From Alloacidobacterium sp. (GTDB lineage Bacteria > Acidobacteriota > Terriglobia > Terriglobales > Acidobacteriaceae), in contig DATGAD010000062.1 in the NCBI GenBank assembly GCA_035313725.1, forward strand, positions 1 to 38,515: a stretch of DNA of 38,515 nt, given 5' to 3'. A model generated the notes under the pieces. That model searched no databases, had not been told where the DNA came from, and saw only the letters and a list, made by a program, of their open reading frames with translations. The position numbers were made by a program, and so were the translations under genes. This document shows, piece by piece, positions 35,288 through 38,515 of this stretch (positions are counted from its first letter, which is position 1; the number at the start of each line of letters is the position of its first letter).

Positions 35288-36400
35288 CTAGTCGGATTTT
35301 TGCTCCGGGGTAAATTCAAATTTCTTAATTATGGCCTCATCCGGTTGATTGGACGAAGCTTCAGAATGGTGGAAGTCATAGAGATCGATATGTACTTTCT
35401 CGTTTGTTGACGCAGGTGTCCCGGAGTCAAAGATGTGCTCACTGATTACCTTCTCAGAGTTGTCAATTGTCTTAAAGGATACTTTTCCAGGCTCCCAATG
35501 AAACATATAAGTTAGAACTCCGGCGGGCACTTGAAAGCGAGTGAGGTTTTCCGAAACATAAAAAGGCTGTACTACATATTGTGCATTCTTGCTATTCGGA
35601 TCCCCCCAACGGCTAAGCTCTATGTCGAATTCGTTGCGAAGGTTTGTCGATCGTTCATCGTCCCAGGTAAACATTCCAAGAACCGCAGACGGTCTGAGGT
35701 GTGCGCTATCCTCCACCACAAACTTGTAAGTGCCATATCCAAGGCTACGATTGAGACTGACTTCTGCACAGGACCAGCGGCCGTTGCGATACTCCATGCG
35801 GAGATGCAGATAGCCTTTCTCATCGGTCCAGGCGTTCGCAGAATCGTATTCGTATGGTTGGCCGCCATGGTCGCTGACTCCCGTCTGGACGGTCCAATCA
35901 TAACCACTGAAGTTGATACCGGTTTCGGTGATCACAGTGCCATTTCTGCCTTTCATGACAGCTACAGCCAATACACCATTTCCTTCCGAGGGCAAAGTAA
36001 CAAGCTTCGCAGCCGGACGGTATCCGGGCTCCACAAGGAGTGCCGCATATTCCGAACCCAGGTGCGTAAGATTTTTCCATGTCGAGTCCGATTCAATTTT
36101 CGTGTATGGCTGATTTGCAAGGGGCTGAAGCCACCAGGCGCCGCTATGCGCATACAAGATGACCTGCTCGCCAGATTTTGTATGACTCACACGTCCCTCG
36201 ATAGAGTCCATCTGTGCCGGACCACCTATGCTCGCAGCCGGCACTCGAATTATTTCAAGCGTCGGCGTGCTCTGCACACTTTGCGATCGGCAGCCGATGA
36301 ACAATGCACCCACAAGGGGCAGAAGATGCAGGCATCTGCATTTTGAGTTCCGAGTTGCAATAAAGTGCTTCATAGGTCTTTTCGCGAGCGTGATCAACAC
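35288..36400 (-). CDS. Putative lipoprotein with C-terminal GH16/ConA-like domain
   Basis: Lipobox-like ALFIGC; NAWTDEKGYLHL, SLGYGTYKF, EFDIE (ExDxE) motifs. Start uncertain (36400 or 36373). Confidence 0.7.
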   Translation of the reverse strand: MLITLAKRPMKHFIATRNSKCRCLHLLPLVGALFIGCRSQSVQSTPTLEIIRVPAASIGGPAQMDSIEGRVSHTKSGEQVILYAHSGAWWLQPLANQPYTKIESDSTWKNLTHLGSEYAALLVEPGYRPAAKLVTLPSEGNGVLAVAVMKGRNGTVITETGINFSGYDWTVQTGVSDHGGQPYEYDSANAWTDEKGYLHLRMEYRNGRWSCAEVSLNRSLGYGTYKFVVEDSAHLRPSAVLGMFTWDDERSTNLRNEFDIELSRWGDPNSKNAQYVVQPFYVSENLTRFQVPAGVLTYMFHWEPGKVSFKTIDNSEKVISEHIFDSGTPASTNEKVHIDLYDFHHSEASSNQPDEAIIKKFEFTPEQKSD

Positions 36401-36429
36401 CTTTTGCTGATATGGCGTGCGACCCTTCC

Positions 36430-38514
36430 TCAGCTATGATCTTTCCCATCAATCGGAATTTCTACAGTCATGACCGTGCCTTGACTGGGTGCAGACCGCA
36501 CTCGGAAGGTCCCTCCAAGGGAATGAGCACGTTCCTCCATTCCGGTTAGTCCAAATCCGCTTTTCCCCCCTTTGGATGGGCGATTTGCTGAGTTGAATCC
36601 AATTCCATTATCGCGGATTGATAAGACTACTCCTTCTTCACTCCGTGTTATGCGAACATCGACCTCAGTAGCCTGGGCATGTTTCATAATGTTGTTTAAC
36701 GATTCCTGAACGATTCTGTAGAAATTGATACGCAGCTCCTTCGGCAATGAGCTGTCAATGTTATCTAATTTCGAGACAGTATGAATCCCGGAAGCAGAGC
36801 CAACCGTTCGCAATACGATTTCAATGGCCTTGGTCAGACCAAGGCGGTCTAACTGAAATGGCCGCAGATTGTAGGAAATCTCCCGCGTTTCCTGGATAGC
36901 CAATGCTGCTTCCGCACTGATCTCCTGCATCGCTTCGCTGTTGATGGGATTGCCTTTATTGTGCGATCGCATCATAAGCTGGGCCATGTTATTGATTACA
37001 ACTAGTCTCTGTCCCAGGCTGTCATGCAACTCGGATGCGATGCGTTGCCGTTCGTTTTCCTGGGAAGCAATCAATTGCTGCGAAAACGCCTTTTGCAAAG
37101 CCTGCGCCTTCTGAAGTTGCGATATACGATAGTACACAGCCAGAGTGACCAGCGCCGCTGCTGCGAGCGCCTCGATTGTAATGAACCACCATCTTTGATA
37201 AAACGGCGCCAACACGGTGATGGTCAGCTTTTGCCCGATATCGTTCCAGACACCGTCACTGTTGTCGGCAATCACATGGAATGTGTATGTTCCAGGGGGC
37301 AAGTGAGGATAATAGGCCGTGCGCCTTGAGCCGGCATCAATCCAGTTGGAGTCCAGCCCTTCTAACCGATACCGAAACCGAATCTGTTCCGACCGAATGA
37401 AGCTAAGGGCGGTATATTCGATCTCCAGATTCTCTTTGCCTGGCGGTATTCTCAACGAATTTTGAATTGGTGTTGAAAGACGATCTACAAGAACCGCTTC
37501 GATGACCACAGGAGGTGGTTGTGGGTTGATACGCACGGTCTGAGGATCGATGACCGCGACTCCATCCTGAGTAGGAAACCACAGCTTTCCGTCCTTCGCT
37601 TTGATACCGGCAGGCCACATGCCACCATTGCACTCTACGTTCAACATGCCGTCAGCTTGTCCGTATGCGACGGAGGTAATCGTCGTTCGCTTTCCGTCTG
37701 CAAATGCATTCAAGTCCTGTTTACTTACGCGATAGATGCCACGGTTGGAGCTCATCCAGAGGTTTCCTCTTTCATCTTCCAGAATCTGGAATACGCCATT
37801 GTTGAAAAGCCCATCGCGCTCTGTGTAGCGCGTAAACTTGCCATCCTTATAGCGTCCGAGTCCTCCGTCGTAGCTCCCAATCCAGATCACGCCATCGCGA
37901 TCTTCGTAAATGGCACGGATGTTATCGCTGGGTAAGCCATCCCGCTCACCCCAGCGCGTGCATTGACCGCCATGAAGGCGTGTAAGTCCGCCATAACCTC
38001 CAATCCACAAATCTCCAGAAGCACTCTCGATGATCACCTTCACATCATTGCCGGCCAGGCCGTCCTGCACGGTGAGGGTCCTGCTGGGCCCGTCTCTGTA
38101 AGCCACAAGTCCATTCGTCGTACCGATCCACACTGTTCCCCCACGGTCTTGCATGATCGCCTGTGCAACAGCGTGTTCCGGAAGAAGCACAGCGGGCTTG
38201 CGGAACTGGCCATTGCGAAACGTTATGAGACCTCCGTGCGTGGCTATCCACAAATTGCCGTCACGATCTCCGCCCAACGCGCTCACCAATCGACCAGGAA
38301 GCCCCTGTTCCGTGGAGTAGTTGGTGAACCTTCCGTCGCGGAAACTGCTAAGGCCCAATTGCCAGGCCCCAATCCATGTCGCTCCGGAGCGGTCCTGATA
38401 GATGGGATAAACATCCTGATCGATCAGGCCCTGTGCCTTCGAATAGACCTCAATCGATTGCTCCTGCAGCTGGTAGAGTCCGTTGCCTTCGGTTCCAATC
38501 CATACATTGCCTTC
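36430..38514 (-). CDS. 5'-truncated sensor histidine kinase: beta-propeller repeats, Y_Y_Y, TM, HisKA_3, HATPase
   Basis: Frame open to the window end; repeated DxxGxLWIG units, RFRYRLEGLD...YPHLPPGTYTF, ERQRIASELHDSLGQ, DNGIGF, GFGLTGM. Confidence 0.93.
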   Translation of the reverse strand, partial: EGNVWIGTEGNGLYQLQEQSIEVYSKAQGLIDQDVYPIYQDRSGATWIGAWQLGLSSFRDGRFTNYSTEQGLPGRLVSALGGDRDGNLWIATHGGLITFRNGQFRKPAVLLPEHAVAQAIMQDRGGTVWIGTTNGLVAYRDGPSRTLTVQDGLAGNDVKVIIESASGDLWIGGYGGLTRLHGGQCTRWGERDGLPSDNIRAIYEDRDGVIWIGSYDGGLGRYKDGKFTRYTERDGLFNNGVFQILEDERGNLWMSSNRGIYRVSKQDLNAFADGKRTTITSVAYGQADGMLNVECNGGMWPAGIKAKDGKLWFPTQDGVAVIDPQTVRINPQPPPVVIEAVLVDRLSTPIQNSLRIPPGKENLEIEYTALSFIRSEQIRFRYRLEGLDSNWIDAGSRRTAYYPHLPPGTYTFHVIADNSDGVWNDIGQKLTITVLAPFYQRWWFITIEALAAAALVTLAVYYRISQLQKAQALQKAFSQQLIASQENERQRIASELHDSLGQRLVVINNMAQLMMRSHNKGNPINSEAMQEISAEAALAIQETREISYNLRPFQLDRLGLTKAIEIVLRTVGSASGIHTVSKLDNIDSSLPKELRINFYRIVQESLNNIMKHAQATEVDVRITRSEEGVVLSIRDNGIGFNSANRPSKGGKSGFGLTGMEERAHSLGGTFRVRSAPSQGTVMTVEIPIDGKDHS

Positions 38515-38515
38515 C

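Overview
Bacterial chromosomal window, probably from a diderm Acidobacteriota (Terriglobia-like) genome; this is inferred from the gene content (ECF sigma/anti-sigma/HEAT operon, beta-propeller/Y_Y_Y kinase, BamA-like barrel, class D sortase). No rRNA, tRNA, CRISPR array or intact mobile element was recognised. (1) 0.8-10.4 kb: oxidase cluster. A secreted multicopper oxidase is divergent from an operon encoding a multi-domain tyrosinase, a LodA/GoxA-family CTQ oxidase, a small coupled unknown protein and a LodB-like flavoprotein, followed by a 12-Cys secreted protein. (2) 11-23 kb: envelope locus with a PAS kinase/NarL pair, OmpA, a BamA-like barrel, a sortase with its LPKTG substrate and two receiver-only proteins. 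Six intergenic copies of an 18-bp palindrome (consensus ACTGTCACWWGTGACAGT) tie this region together, and three exported proteins share a similar OB-like module. (3) 23-27.5 kb: ClC antiporter and DUF190 genes among several deletion or frameshift remnants. (4) 27.5-38.5 kb: ECF sigma/anti-sigma/HEAT operon, a serine hydrolase, and a kinase/GH16-like/NarL operon cut by the window edge. All family calls come from motif recognition only; no searches were run.
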